NCBI GenBank assembly: GCA_039189765.1
Contig: JBCCYL010000025.1
Coordinates: forward strand, 11,807 to 75,806
Length of the DNA stretch: 64,000 nt
Direction of reading: 5' to 3'
Source: Cyanobacteria bacterium P01_F01_bin.150
GTDB lineage: Bacteria; Cyanobacteriota; Cyanobacteriia; CAKZMO01
Shown here one piece after another: positions 38,433 through 50,300 of the stretch (position 1 is its first letter; each line of letters opens with the position of its first letter). The position numbers were made by a program, and so were the translations under genes. The notes under the pieces are model-generated. The model ran no database searches and was not told where the DNA came from. It worked only from the letters and a program-made list of their open reading frames with translations.

Positions 38433-41400
38433 TTAGAATTGGCAGGTGAGATGGAATGCGTCAGGGTTGGATTCGGAGTGGAGAACGATCTGACCGTCTT
38501 CTTTGATATGCCAAGTTTCGGCTTCGATGATAGAAGTAGGTTCGGTGGATGTGCCAGGAGGATGAATGTCTTCCCAGGCATCATCACTGGCGATCGGGTC
38601 GTCGGGACTAGACGGAATGCCTCCCCGCTCAGTATTAATAAATCTACCCTGACCATCAATACCTGGTTGACAGCCCTGGCTTAAATCTGGTGGGGCAGTG
38701 TCTACAGGTAAATCGGCTGCGGCTTGCACTGGATCAATGCCGAGATCGTTCACAGCGACGTTACCGCTGGTGCCAAACTCAGAGCTAGCGCTGATGTCGT
38801 TGGTGGTGTTATCCAGCAACTCATCTCGACTGCCTGAACGTTCCTCAATCCCAAAAACATCGAAGGCTGTGAGGTTAATGTTGCCACCATCGCCTTCTCC
38901 AGCCGTGGCAATAATGTCGCTATTTTCAAAAACGTCGGCAATAATAAAGCCGTTGGCGGCATTGATGGTGATATTTCCTGCATTGGCATCGGATTCGGCA
39001 TCAGCATCTAAGCTGGCGTCAGCAGAGATTAAACTCCCGTTTTGTAGGCGAAGGCTATCGTCTAATCCAGTCAAGGTCAGGCTAACATTAGCCGATCTCG
39101 TTCCATCGTTGGGATTTCGACCTGTTGTCGCTTCGATATCTCCATCATTGAGCACAATAGTGCTGGCTGTGATGTTAATGTTCCCTGCTTGTCCTTGGCG
39201 ACTTTCAACCGAAATGCGAGAGTCATCACTCACGTCTAAGCTGTTAGTTTCAATAGAGAGGTCTCCTGCAATGCCGAAGTCATTATCACCATTTGCACGA
39301 TGGAGAATACGGCTGGTGGATGAAGACGTTGTATCGTTATCAATTTTGGCTGCAACTGACAGAGTAGAGCCGTTTGAGACGCTAATTGAGTCCTGAGCAA
39401 CGATATCAATAGTCCCCGCTCTGCCTATCTGAGTGGTTGCTTCAATACGGCTGTTATCTCTCACCTCAAGGCTCGCTAAATCCTGTAAATCTATATCTCC
39501 ACCTTGACCAGCGACTGTTTCAGCGGTGATGCTCGCACGATCGGTTAATGATACGGTCGTGGCATTAATGTTGATGTCTCCTGCATCATTATCGTCTTGG
39601 CTACGAGCAGAGATTGTAGCCCTGTTTTGAATATCTAAATTACCGATATTTCTCAGCTCAATAGTTCCACCATCACCTGTTGCACCTTGTAAAACTTCTG
39701 TAGAAATTTCACTGTCACTATCTAAATCAATACGTGTCGCATCTTGAATTCGGATGGTTCCAGCATCACCGATGCCTGCGGTACTGGAGGTTATGCTTGC
39801 ATTCTCGCTAAGAAAAAGGCGATTGCCCCGAATCCGAATATCACCCGCAGTCCCTTCCGCATTACTCTCAACGGCTGTAGAAATTTCGCTCCCTGTATCT
39901 AACCGAATGCGAGTTGCATCAGTGATGTTAATCGTTCCGGCATCACCAATTCCTGCTGTGCTAGAGGTAATTTGAGCATTGTTGTTAAGGAAAAGGCGAT
40001 CGCCCCGAATCCGAATACCACCAGCAGGACCACGACCTGCTGTGGAAGCTGAAATTTGGGCATCATCAATATTAAGACGCCCAATATCATTCAAGATAAT
40101 TTGCCCACCGTCTCCCCTCGCACCATTCTCTACTGCTGTGGAAATTTCACTGCTAGTTTCTAAATTAATACGTGTTGCTTCTCGAATGCGGATTGTTCCT
40201 GCATCACCAATTCCTGAGGTACTAGATGTGATTTTGGCATTTTCGCTAAGAGAGAGGCGATCGCTCTCAATCAAAATATCACCCCCTTGTTGAGATAACT
40301 TAGGATCAAGGTTCGCCGTTGCTTCAACTGCGGAGGAAATGGTGCCTTCGTCCAAAGTTATATCTCTTGCTTCTTGGATGGAAATATCTCCAGCTGATCC
40401 AGTTCCAGCGGTAGATGCGTTAATTTCACCACCATTCGTGATATTGAGAGTGTTGACGGTAAGGGTGATATTGCCAGCAGGATCGGATGAGTCTTCTAAA
40501 GCAGATGAAAAAATTCCGCTAGGGGTGAGGGGGCGATCGATATCATCGGTATTGTCAGAGGCGATCGCCTCACCCCTGATATTAATACCGTTAGCTCTGA
40601 TAAATATATCCCCTCCCTGTCCTGCACTCGCGGTAGAACTCCCAATCCGTCCACCTCTTCGTAGGTTAATTTGATCCGCAGTAATGGTTACATCCCCTGC
40701 GTTACCATCTGTGGTGGCAGGACTATCAGCAATAATGGAACCGCCTCTTGCTAGGGTAAGTGTTTGGGCTACAGTCATGGTCAAATCACCAGCATTTCCA
40801 GGGCCAAGGGGACTGGTGACAATTCCAGCACGATTTCTGAAGAGAACGGAATCAGCCACGATAGTGATTGATCCACCGTTCGTGATAGGGATGGAGTCAT
40901 CATTATCAGCACTAAAATCCCGGAGTAATGGACCTGCTCCCATGCCGACGCGATCGCGCATAATCAACTCCCCCACCTCCATCATGATGTTCCCTGACTG
41001 GCCCTCACCCGCTGATGACGAAAGAATGCCGGTGGGAACAGTGGCCACCTCTAATACACTTGCTGGATCAGCCGGATCTGCATTAAACGGAGTTGAGTCA
41101 TTACCAACAATTTTTAGCCGCTCAGTTACAGTGATATGGATATCTCCCCCATCGCCCGTACTTCCGGGGTTAGTATTCGTGCCTAGTCCGGTAAATTCTC
41201 GCTCTGTAAATCTGTCAAGAATCAAATTATCAGCCGTAAACTCATCGCCCTCAAAATCATTGGGAGTAAGTTCTGGTCCTGGAACAAGACTGTTGTGGAT
41301 CAAAAGCTGCCGAGCTTCCACAATCATATTCCCTGCTTGACCTGAACCGCTAGTTTGGGACAACACCCGCCCACCATCTAAAAGGTGGATCGTATCGGCC

Positions 41401-44400
41401 CTCAATAAAACCCCTCGCCCGTTTCCATCCCCTGTCGTTGTGGCGCTAATATCGTCGCCCTCCACTTGCAAAAGGTCGCCTGCTATTAAAATAATTTGTC
41501 CGCCTCTTTCTCCTGATGCCTCAATCGGTCCTAAGCGCAAATCTTGGGCGGCTATTAGATTAACCATGCCACCATCTCCGGTCCTTAAGCTAGAGCGAAG
41601 CAGTCCAGCTGTGGTGTCAATACTGCCGTCAGTACTGTTAAGTTTGATGATCCCCCCCAAACTTTCAATTCCCTGAGTGGTGATGTCGCCAATTGCATCA
41701 ATGCGTAACTGCCCCTGCACCTGGGATTCAAGTAAACTAATGCTACTGATATCGTTGATCTTAACTTGGTTGCCTCCCTCAATCATTAGTTGACTTAAGT
41801 CGTTAGCTTGGGACAACAAAATATCTTGACTGCCAGCATTTAAAGTGGTCATACCTATAATTTGAATTGGAGATGATTGGCTGAGCCCACCACCGGAGTT
41901 AATGGTCAGATCGCCGCCTACATTGAGGTCGCCAAGTTGAGTATTCTGTAAGGTGTTGGTCACTGCTACATCACTTTGTCCTACGGTGGATAAACTAATG
42001 GAGCCACTGAACTGATTGGGGTGCCTGAGTGTTATCGGGGCATCAGGAGCTAAACTATTAAATTGCGATGGGCCATTCGCCACAAGGGAGCCATTTTGGC
42101 GAATGGCACCGTTGGCCGTGAGAGACAATTGATCAGTTGCGGTAGAGGCCAACAGATCTGTAGCATTTCCCTCCCGAATGGACACCTGCCCGCTGTTAAA
42201 CGTAAGACTATCAAATGTATTGTTAGGACGATTTAAAGTAATCGTACCGTTTTCAGCCGTGAAACTCGCTCTGCCAGGAACTTGAATCGCTCCCGTTTGG
42301 GTAATGCTGGGAACGCTTGATTCAGCCACCACAGTAGGTGCGTCGGTGGTGAAACTGACAGTTCCATCGAAAGTATTATTAGCATTCAGGTCAATGGCAA
42401 GAGCAGTATAAAGCACTCCATCGAGAAATTCCAGACTCTCGGCAAGGCTAATAACAGTGAGATTTCCAGCGAAGTTTTCTGATGCTAGAGTAATTGGACC
42501 TACAGTTGTAATAACGACATCACCGTTGGGCAGATTAAGGCGTGGAATGATATTGCCGCTGGTGTCAAGGCCAGGATTTTCAGCAGGATTAAGAATGGTG
42601 GTTTCACCTGCAACTTGCAAGAGACTACCGGGTCGCTGGGAGATAGTACCGCTGGAATCAATGATCAAGTCGCCACCGATAAGAGAGGTATCCAGCACAG
42701 TCGCTCCCTGATTTCGCAATCTAACCGTGCCTGATTGAGGTAAATCTGTTGTGACATTAGTGTTACCAGAAATGCGAAGTGGGCCTGCTTGTTCAACTAA
42801 TCCACCTGAGGTTAAATTAAAGTTACCTATTGCGGTAGATCGTTGTAGCTGCGTATTATCTTGCTCCGCTAAGCTTATATCTCCACCGGAAAACGCAATG
42901 GACTCAAAAAGATTGTTGATATCATCAAGAACGATCGGACCACCATTCGCGTTAAATGTGGCTAGCCCATTAATAATTTGGGAGCCATTTTGAGTGATCC
43001 CTGGTGTGACTTCTACTACGTTGGCTCCATCTAAGTTGGTACGGAATCGCAATGTTCCGCCAAATTGGTTAGCCTGATTGAGAATGATAGCTGGATCAGG
43101 TTGGACTTTAATGAACTCGGCGACCCCAATGGGCAAGCTGTTTACAGTCAGATTGCCTGTAATCGTCTGAGAGGTTAGGATAATTGGCCCAACTTCGGTA
43201 ATAACGACATCCCCATTGGTTGACGTTTGACGAATAGATGGTAGCCCCTCAGAGTTCTCTAGCGGCTGGCTATCACCGCCGTTGACAGCAATATCGCCAG
43301 CCACTTGTAGGGGTTCACCTGGCGCTTGAGCAATAGGAGTGCTGGAGTTGAGACTAAAATTGCCACCAATAATAGAGTAACCGATGGTGGAAGGTTGGGT
43401 GTTGGTGACAATGACGCTCCCTGTATTAGCTTGATTGCTAGTAAACGTGGCATCTCTACTGATGGTTAAAGTACCATTACCAATGACTCGACCCGCAGAT
43501 TCCACCGTTAAGGTTTCGGCCTGGATGTTGTTGAGGGTGATATCTCTTTCTGTGCTGAGTAAAGCAACGTTGCCGCCAGTGATGGTACTGGTTGGGGTTT
43601 GGCTAATTTGACCACCCTGAATGGTTAGATTGGCGTTGCCTGTGCGGATGTTGTTATCAATTTCGACTGTGCTGCCAGCGTTGAGAGTTAGGGGATGGTT
43701 GGTGGTAGCGATCGCTCCCCTCGTGATAATATTCCCCCCCGCTGCCGGAGCTTGAATCACCGTTGGATGATTGAAGGTATCGGCAAGTACGGTAATTTCG
43801 CCGCTACCATTCTCTCGACCAATCACCACCTGAGTGAACGTGTCTGCAATTTGCGCTAGTTCACTGGAATCTAGATGGAGGCGATCGCCAATCGTTCCCC
43901 CGCCAATCGTAATATCTCTATCAGGATCAAGAGGTTGTAACTGAAGACGGTTGAATCCGCTGACTCCTTGTGAATCATCTCTTAGGGTGATGTCGTTGGC
44001 GGTGAGGGTAATATTTCCGGTTCCAGTAGTAGCGATCGCTCCCCCATCAATAATATGGAGTCCCACACTGTTATTGTTAGCACCAACCACTCTGCCTTCC
44101 AATGTAACGTTACCAGCACCCGCTGCTTGGATTAAGCCACCATCCCCGCTGCCAAACCAAATGCCAAAGTGATTATCACCAACCCCTCGTCCCGTTCCTC
44201 TCAACGTAATATCACCATTGGCAGTTGTGATGGCTGCGCCTTGTTCTCCGATGTAAATACCTTGATTTCCATCAGATTCGACCCCATTAGTGCCAGAGAT
44301 GCCGGAAATATCAATTGAACCTGTACCTATTGCCTCAATTCGACCACGCAGAATTGAGATGCCTTCATTCCCAAAACCGTTAACTGTACTTGTTTCCGAA

Positions 44401-46319
44401 GTGCCTGAGATTTGAATGTTTCCTGAGTTGTTTGCTTGAACTAAACCATCAACAATCGAAAAACCATGGCTATTATCACCGCTACTACCATTGGCAAGAC
44501 CATTGATCAAAATATTTCCACTATCTGCACGGACTGCTGAACTAGCATCCACTATTTGAATACCATGACTGCCAGAATTTCCAGCTCCACCTGTACCGTT
44601 CAAAAAAATATTACCGAATTGACTTGTTACTTCAACCGTATCTTGGAAAGAACTAGACTCTATTAATATTCCTATGCTGTTGCTACCAGTGCTTTCACTA
44701 TTGCCAACTATATTAACATCTCCATTTATACTTGATACTATCGCACCACCCGCAAGTGGTGTTCCATCAATATCAAATTTTTGACCAATTTGAATTCCTC
44801 GATTGTCATTACCTGTTCCACTACCACTACCTGTTAAATTGAGGTCTCCATCAATTGTTGTTACGCGGCCATTGCGTTCAATCAAGATACCAGTATTATT
44901 GTTTGTACCATTGCCACTTATGCCATCTAGGGTGATAGATCCTGAGTCTAATGTTTCAATCACACCTGGCGCATTTCTAAACTGTTCCCGAATGCGGATA
45001 CCATAATTCCCAAACCCCGTACCGTTACTTGTTCCTTGAATGATGATGTCTCCACGATCCGTGGTACGGATTGTACTCCCGTCCCGGATTTGCACACCCC
45101 AACCATCATTAACGCCACCACCAGTACCGATAATTTGAATATTTCCGTTTTCTGTACTGATGGTTGAAAACTCCACAATATCAACACCAATGGCAAGATC
45201 ACCAGATGTTCCACCACGACCATTTAAGGCAATACTTCCGTCACCTGTAGTAATCAGTTGACTACCATCAATTAAGCCAATGCCTCTATTATTAGTAGTA
45301 ACCTGCCCTACACCAAGTAGAGTAATATCGCCCCCACTTGCATTGATAGTACTGTTTCTAATATCGAAGCTTAAGCCAGGATTACCATAGCTAAATCCAG
45401 TAAAGTCTCCACCGTTTGTGTCAATATTTGCCCCGGAAATACCAATACTTCCTGCACCACTGTTATCACTGTCAGCTCTTAGTTCAATATTCAATTGGCC
45501 ACTATTTGATGTAATATCCTGATTAAGAAGAATATTATTAGCCGCCTCCATCCGCAGGGCAGCATTGCCTCCTGATTTTTTATCGACGGGGGCATTTTGA
45601 ATAATATTACCTGTCCCTGTTCCGTTATTATTGGTTGCCAACAAAACATCTAACCCAAAATCCAATGTTGGGTTAATGAAATTTACCATCAATGGATCAA
45701 TTGTGATATCTGCCGGATTGCTCACCCAAAGGCCATTTCCGGTACGAGAAGCACTGCCGTATTGCAAGCCTGTGGGCACATTAATCGTCAGCAAGGCGGA
45801 AGGCTCTGGAGCAATGGCACTAAATGTCTGATTATCTGAGAACAGAATGCGATCGGCGGTGCTGGCGACGAAGGTTCCTGCAATATCCAAACGGACATTA
45901 GGACCAAAGACAATGCCATTAGGATTAAGCAAAAACAGATCGGCAGGGCCATCTACCCCCAACGTTCCCAAAATATTGGAGGCATTTGCTCCAGTGACGC
46001 GGCTTAAAATTCGATCAATCCCGACTGGATTGGCAAAGTAGGCACTGTGTCCATCTTCTACGTTAAATTCTGAAAAACTGTGAAATAAGTTTGTGTTTCG
46101 TATGGCACCGCCTTCAATGCGATCGCTCAACGTATCTTGAGGGGTGACTTGCGATCGCTCTCCTACGTCCAAGGTTGCATCAGGGATAGGACGCGCACCA
46201 ACGGTAGTCGTAGTAACCTCAGTCGTCATCACTACTGCTATCAGAACAGCAATGCGAAAAAGAGGGGAAATGAGCAGCTTTGTGGGACTGTCCGCCGTAC
46301 TCCGATTCATGAGGCTCAA
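38433..46319 (-). CDS. Filamentous haemagglutinin-like (TpsA) beta-helical exoprotein
   Basis: TPS domain NLFHSFSEFNV...NPNGIVFG; G.AG.I.I repeats; C-terminal NDISASS..G..G.V...C...F..T.RGG.P..P...IIEA..W. Confidence 0.92.
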   Translation of the reverse strand: MSLMNRSTADSPTKLLISPLFRIAVLIAVVMTTEVTTTTVGARPIPDATLDVGERSQVTPQDTLSDRIEGGAIRNTNLFHSFSEFNVEDGHSAYFANPVGIDRILSRVTGANASNILGTLGVDGPADLFLLNPNGIVFGPNVRLDIAGTFVASTADRILFSDNQTFSAIAPEPSALLTINVPTGLQYGSASRTGNGLWVSNPADITIDPLMVNFINPTLDFGLDVLLATNNNGTGTGNIIQNAPVDKKSGGNAALRMEAANNILLNQDITSNSGQLNIELRADSDNSGAGSIGISGANIDTNGGDFTGFSYGNPGLSFDIRNSTINASGGDITLLGVGQVTTNNRGIGLIDGSQLITTGDGSIALNGRGGTSGDLAIGVDIVEFSTISTENGNIQIIGTGGGVNDGWGVQIRDGSTIRTTDRGDIIIQGTSNGTGFGNYGIRIREQFRNAPGVIETLDSGSITLDGISGNGTNNNTGILIERNGRVTTIDGDLNLTGSGSGTGNDNRGIQIGQKFDIDGTPLAGGAIVSSINGDVNIVGNSESTGSNSIGILIESSSFQDTVEVTSQFGNIFLNGTGGAGNSGSHGIQIVDASSAVRADSGNILINGLANGSSGDNSHGFSIVDGLVQANNSGNIQISGTSETSTVNGFGNEGISILRGRIEAIGTGSIDISGISGTNGVESDGNQGIYIGEQGAAITTANGDITLRGTGRGVGDNHFGIWFGSGDGGLIQAAGAGNVTLEGRVVGANNNSVGLHIIDGGAIATTGTGNITLTANDITLRDDSQGVSGFNRLQLQPLDPDRDITIGGGTIGDRLHLDSSELAQIADTFTQVVIGRENGSGEITVLADTFNHPTVIQAPAAGGNIITRGAIATTNHPLTLNAGSTVEIDNNIRTGNANLTIQGGQISQTPTSTITGGNVALLSTERDITLNNIQAETLTVESAGRVIGNGTLTISRDATFTSNQANTGSVIVTNTQPSTIGYSIIGGNFSLNSSTPIAQAPGEPLQVAGDIAVNGGDSQPLENSEGLPSIRQTSTNGDVVITEVGPIILTSQTITGNLTVNSLPIGVAEFIKVQPDPAIILNQANQFGGTLRFRTNLDGANVVEVTPGITQNGSQIINGLATFNANGGPIVLDDINNLFESIAFSGGDISLAEQDNTQLQRSTAIGNFNLTSGGLVEQAGPLRISGNTNVTTDLPQSGTVRLRNQGATVLDTSLIGGDLIIDSSGTISQRPGSLLQVAGETTILNPAENPGLDTSGNIIPRLNLPNGDVVITTVGPITLASENFAGNLTVISLAESLEFLDGVLYTALAIDLNANNTFDGTVSFTTDAPTVVAESSVPSITQTGAIQVPGRASFTAENGTITLNRPNNTFDSLTFNSGQVSIREGNATDLLASTATDQLSLTANGAIRQNGSLVANGPSQFNSLAPDAPITLRHPNQFSGSISLSTVGQSDVAVTNTLQNTQLGDLNVGGDLTINSGGGLSQSSPIQIIGMTTLNAGSQDILLSQANDLSQLMIEGGNQVKINDISSISLLESQVQGQLRIDAIGDITTQGIESLGGIIKLNSTDGSIDTTAGLLRSSLRTGDGGMVNLIAAQDLRLGPIEASGERGGQIILIAGDLLQVEGDDISATTTGDGNGRGVLLRADTIHLLDGGRVLSQTSGSGQAGNMIVEARQLLIHNSLVPGPELTPNDFEGDEFTADNLILDRFTEREFTGLGTNTNPGSTGDGGDIHITVTERLKIVGNDSTPFNADPADPASVLEVATVPTGILSSSAGEGQSGNIMMEVGELIMRDRVGMGAGPLLRDFSADNDDSIPITNGGSITIVADSVLFRNRAGIVTSPLGPGNAGDLTMTVAQTLTLARGGSIIADSPATTDGNAGDVTITADQINLRRGGRIGSSTASAGQGGDIFIRANGINIRGEAIASDNTDDIDRPLTPSGIFSSALEDSSDPAGNITLTVNTLNITNGGEINASTAGTGSAGDISIQEARDITLDEGTISSAVEATANLDPKLSQQGGDILIESDRLSLSENAKITSSTSGIGDAGTIRIREATRINLETSSEISTAVENGARGDGGQIILNDIGRLNIDDAQISASTAGRGPAGGIRIRGDRLFLNNNAQITSSTAGIGDAGTINITDATRIRLDTGSEISTAVESNAEGTAGDIRIRGNRLFLSENASITSSTAGIGDAGTIRIQDATRIDLDSDSEISTEVLQGATGDGGTIELRNIGNLDIQNRATISARSQDDNDAGDININATTVSLTDRASITAETVAGQGGDIDLQDLASLEVRDNSRIEATTQIGRAGTIDIVAQDSISVSNGSTLSVAAKIDNDTTSSSTSRILHRANGDNDFGIAGDLSIETNSLDVSDDSRISVESRQGQAGNINITASTIVLNDGDIEATTGRNPNDGTRSANVSLTLTGLDDSLRLQNGSLISADASLDADAESDANAGNITINAANGFIIADVFENSDIIATAGEGDGGNINLTAFDVFGIEERSGSRDELLDNTTNDISASSEFGTSGNVAVNDLGIDPVQAAADLPVDTAPPDLSQGCQPGIDGQGRFINTERGGIPSSPDDPIASDDAWEDIHPPGTSTEPTSIIEAETWHIKEDGQIVLHSESNPDAFHLTCQF

Positions 46320-47349
46320 ATGTAATGTTCCTAAGATTTAAACTTCCCAGTATTTTGCTGCAAGGGCGTTTGCCTTTTCCACTAAGATTTCATTAAAAAC
46401 ACTAACTTTGTGCATGGCGTCATGAGGATGGTTTATTCTGCTGTCGATGCCCCTTATGCTGACGCCAATGCCATCTGAGGCGCTATCGCTATCGTTCTTA
46501 CTAGTTAAAAACACCTGATTGCGTTGAGTTTTTGTAACGAAGCTACATTCCCCTGCAAAAAACAAGTTGCACCCCAATAACAGAGCATCACATCATTGCT
46601 AACTACAGCATTATGCGCTTTATCTTCCAGTTCCCAGCTATTTGACGAGTTATGTAACGAAATATATCTATCTGCGAAAAATCAGTTTGAGCCTCTACAA
46701 CAGATCATCACACGTTGTTATCGTGCCTCATTGTTAGCCTCCAGTGATGTTCGTAGTGTTAGTTGCTCATAGTTGAGAATGAAGAATGTAGCTTACGTCC
46801 GATCAAAGCCCCTCTAGATTTAATTGGGGAAGGAAAAAGCCCCTTCTACTGATAGGCAAAGCATTACAGTTTTGTGGCAAGAGACTTTGCTCTTTTGCTC
46901 ATGAATGCGATCGCCTAATCGAATGTCAATGTTGCGTCTACTTAGTCAAAAGTGACGACAATTTGTAGTGTCCAAAAAGGTAGATTCCAAATAAAAGTGT
47001 TGAATCTTAAAGTTTTTCAGTCACACAGAAATATGAAATCATGCTTAGCTCTATCAATTCCAGTTTTGACAATATTTTGACTAGTGTTTTCTTGGAAACT
47101 AATAGTAAATCACAACAAGCGATCGCTCCTCATCACCCAATCAAAATTTCCCATAAGCCACTGATGATAACTATGCGATAATAACCGCTCCTCAATCATT
47201 TTCTTTTTCAATTCCAAACCTCCATCAATTCTATTCCTTCGCCAAGAGGGTTGAGAAGTGGATCAAGCTTGCATGGCAATGGTAACAACTATCGCACAGA
47301 TTAAGCATCAAATTTTCATGTATTTTTGTAATTTTTATTAACTTAGGAG

Positions 47350-50300
47350 ATGCGAATTATGGCTGATTTCAACTTTGATAAAGTACTAGACCAAGCTATT
47401 GAAGATGGAGGAAAAACTTATCTGGTTTATATGAATGGAATCAGGACAACAGAAGAGCAATATCAAACTAGAGACATTCAAGGTTTCAATAGTATTTGGA
47501 ACCTTTATCATAACCTAATCAACCCTTCAGGAAAACAAGATTTTCTTGGAGAAGGTAGTGATTCGATTTCTCGTGGTTCGATTGAGTTAGATACTCAATA
47601 TCGAAATACTACAGATAGTACAGGTAGCGACTGGGGTGATATCGGAATATTTGCTATTAATTTTTTATTCAACTACGCTCTTGATAAGTTCTCACTCTTT
47701 GAAGTCTTAGAACAGGTTAATAAAAGCAAGGATCTCAAGAAAAAAATAGATGGTTTGACAGAAAAGCTTAATAAGCTAGTCAATGACAATGCAGATCCGG
47801 CAGATATCAACAGAGTTCAAGATGAAATTAGCTTAGTTGCGAAAGATTTGGACTCACTTAAGGATATCGTTGATTTCTTCGATACAATAAAAGTGAGTTG
47901 GGAATTTATTTCGTCCTTAGTTAAAACTCCACCAGATCAGTGGCATACAAATGATGAATTTACAGATAAATCTTTTTTCTTTTTGAAAGAAGTGGCTAGC
48001 TTTATTCCAGGATTTGGTGAGATATCTTCAGTTATTGATGCTGCTATTGATGCAGCACCCGCTGACTTGAAAGAGGCTCTTAAGCAATATTGGTATAAAG
48101 AACCCCAATTCCAAGATATAAACACTTGGATTGAGCCAGCAGAAGAATGGCTAGCTAGTAATGATTCAAACTCTGTAATTTTAGTTGGTCATTCCCAAGG
48201 AAACTTCTTTATTGAAGATGGATTGATAAATATAAATCAAGATAAATCTAATGTTAGCGTACTTTCTTTAGCTTCGCCAACAAGCTATTTATTCGCAGAT
48301 GGAATTGATTTTTACAGGACTGAAAATACTCTGAATAACGATGTAGTTTACGGAAACGATCCAGTCACTAAACTTAGGTTTGATTCTGAGCCAAATGTTT
48401 GGGATAAAATCTACAATATGGTTTTACTAGTAGGCAATATATTTAGTTTAGGAGATCATGCGATTGAAAATTATTTCACAGATGACAACGCTAAGTCTTT
48501 CTTAACGTCAACCTTTTATGATTTGCATCCTGAAGGATACTACTTCCCTGTAGGAGGTAGTTTGAACATTGGTGAACAGTCTAATGATGATGACTGGATT
48601 GAAGGTAGTGGGACTCTTGAAGGTGAAGGCCGTAATGATGTTCTTAGAGGTCAAGATGACTCTGAAGATACCCTCATTGGAGGTGAAGGCTACGACATCC
48701 TTGATGGTAGGGGGGGGGAAGATACGGCTGACTATTCCAGTAGTCCAGACCGCGTGATCGTCAATGCTGCGCAATATGGTGGTTCAGATGTTTATCGTAT
48801 TGAAGATGGTTTTGGCACAATCGATACTGTTGGTGATGTCGAGACTATCGTGGGTTCTCCTGGTGATGATGAAATGTATGGTGGAAACTACACCGATCAC
48901 TTCATAGGTGAGGATGGAAAAGATGACCTTCGCGGCGGCGGCGGGGATGATCTGTTATCTGGTGGCAATGATAACGACACAATTCACGGTGATGATGGCA
49001 ATGATGAAGCCTGGGGTGATGACGGAAACGACACGATCCATGGTGGTACAGGCGAAGATACCTTGCATGGCGGTATCGGTGACGACACCATTTACGCCGA
49101 TGCAGACAACGACACCGTTTATGGAAATGAAGGCTTAGATACCATTCATGGTGGTATAGGCGAAGATACTCTGCATGGTGGCACTGAAGATGACACTATC
49201 TATGGTGATGAGGATAACGACACCATCTACGGTGATGAAGGCATAGACGCTATCTACGGTGGATCGGGTGCAGATATCATTGATGGCGGCACGGAGGACG
49301 ACTACATCGAAGGCGGTACTGAAGGCGATACCATCTATGGCGATGACGGTGCTGACACGATTTGGGGTCAAGCCGGAAGCGATATCATCTACGGTCAGAC
49401 AGGCTGGGATTGGATCAGTGGCGGTGATGGTAATGATGCCATTTACGGTGGTGATGGAGGTGACCAAATCTATGCTAATGCTGGCGATGACTATGTAGAA
49501 GGCGGCACCTACGGCGACTATATCGAAGGGGGTAGCGGCAACGACACCATCTTGGGTCAGTGGGGCAACGATCGCATCCGGGGTCAAGACGGCAACGATA
49601 CCATTAATGGCGGCACTGGCAAAGATGACATTCATGGTAATGCGGGTGCAGATAGCATTTATGGTGCCGAAGATAATGATCTGCTAATTGGCAACCAAGG
49701 CAACGACCAAATTGATGGCGGTCAAGATATCGACACCGTAGACTACCAACAATCCCCCAGCAGCGTTGTGGTGAATATCCTTGAAGGCCAGGGATTTGAA
49801 CACGATCGCCTCCAACGATTCAACAGCCACGTCGATGACACCAACCCCAGCGAATACTATACCGACCTCGAAATCGATTTTTCCCTTGCCGCTGGCAGGG
49901 CCATCGATGGTTACGGCACCATCGACAGCCTCCTCAATCTGGAAAATATCATCGGTAGCGTCTGGGATGACGTCCTCATCGGCAACCGCACTGAAAACCA
50001 AATTTTGGGTTTAGCGGGGAACGACCTGATCATCGGTCATCGCGGAAACGATACCCTCGATGGTGGCGACGGTATTGATACCGTCAGCTACCGCCGCGAT
50101 AGTGGGGGCGTTACTGTCAACTTAGCCACAGGCACCGCTACTGATGGTTGGGGCGACCAGGACACCCTCAGTAACTTTATCCATGTGGTCGGGTCACGCT
50201 TTGATGATGACCTGGCAGGCGATGCCCAGGATAATATTATTACTGCTGGCGATCGCAACGATATCGTAGATGGCGGTCTTGGTAACGACTTTCTCTACGG

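Noticed and set aside
46320..47349. RNA gene in the 1-kb divergent intergenic region
   Set aside because: No tRNA, rRNA or recognisable ncRNA signature seen; probably promoter DNA.
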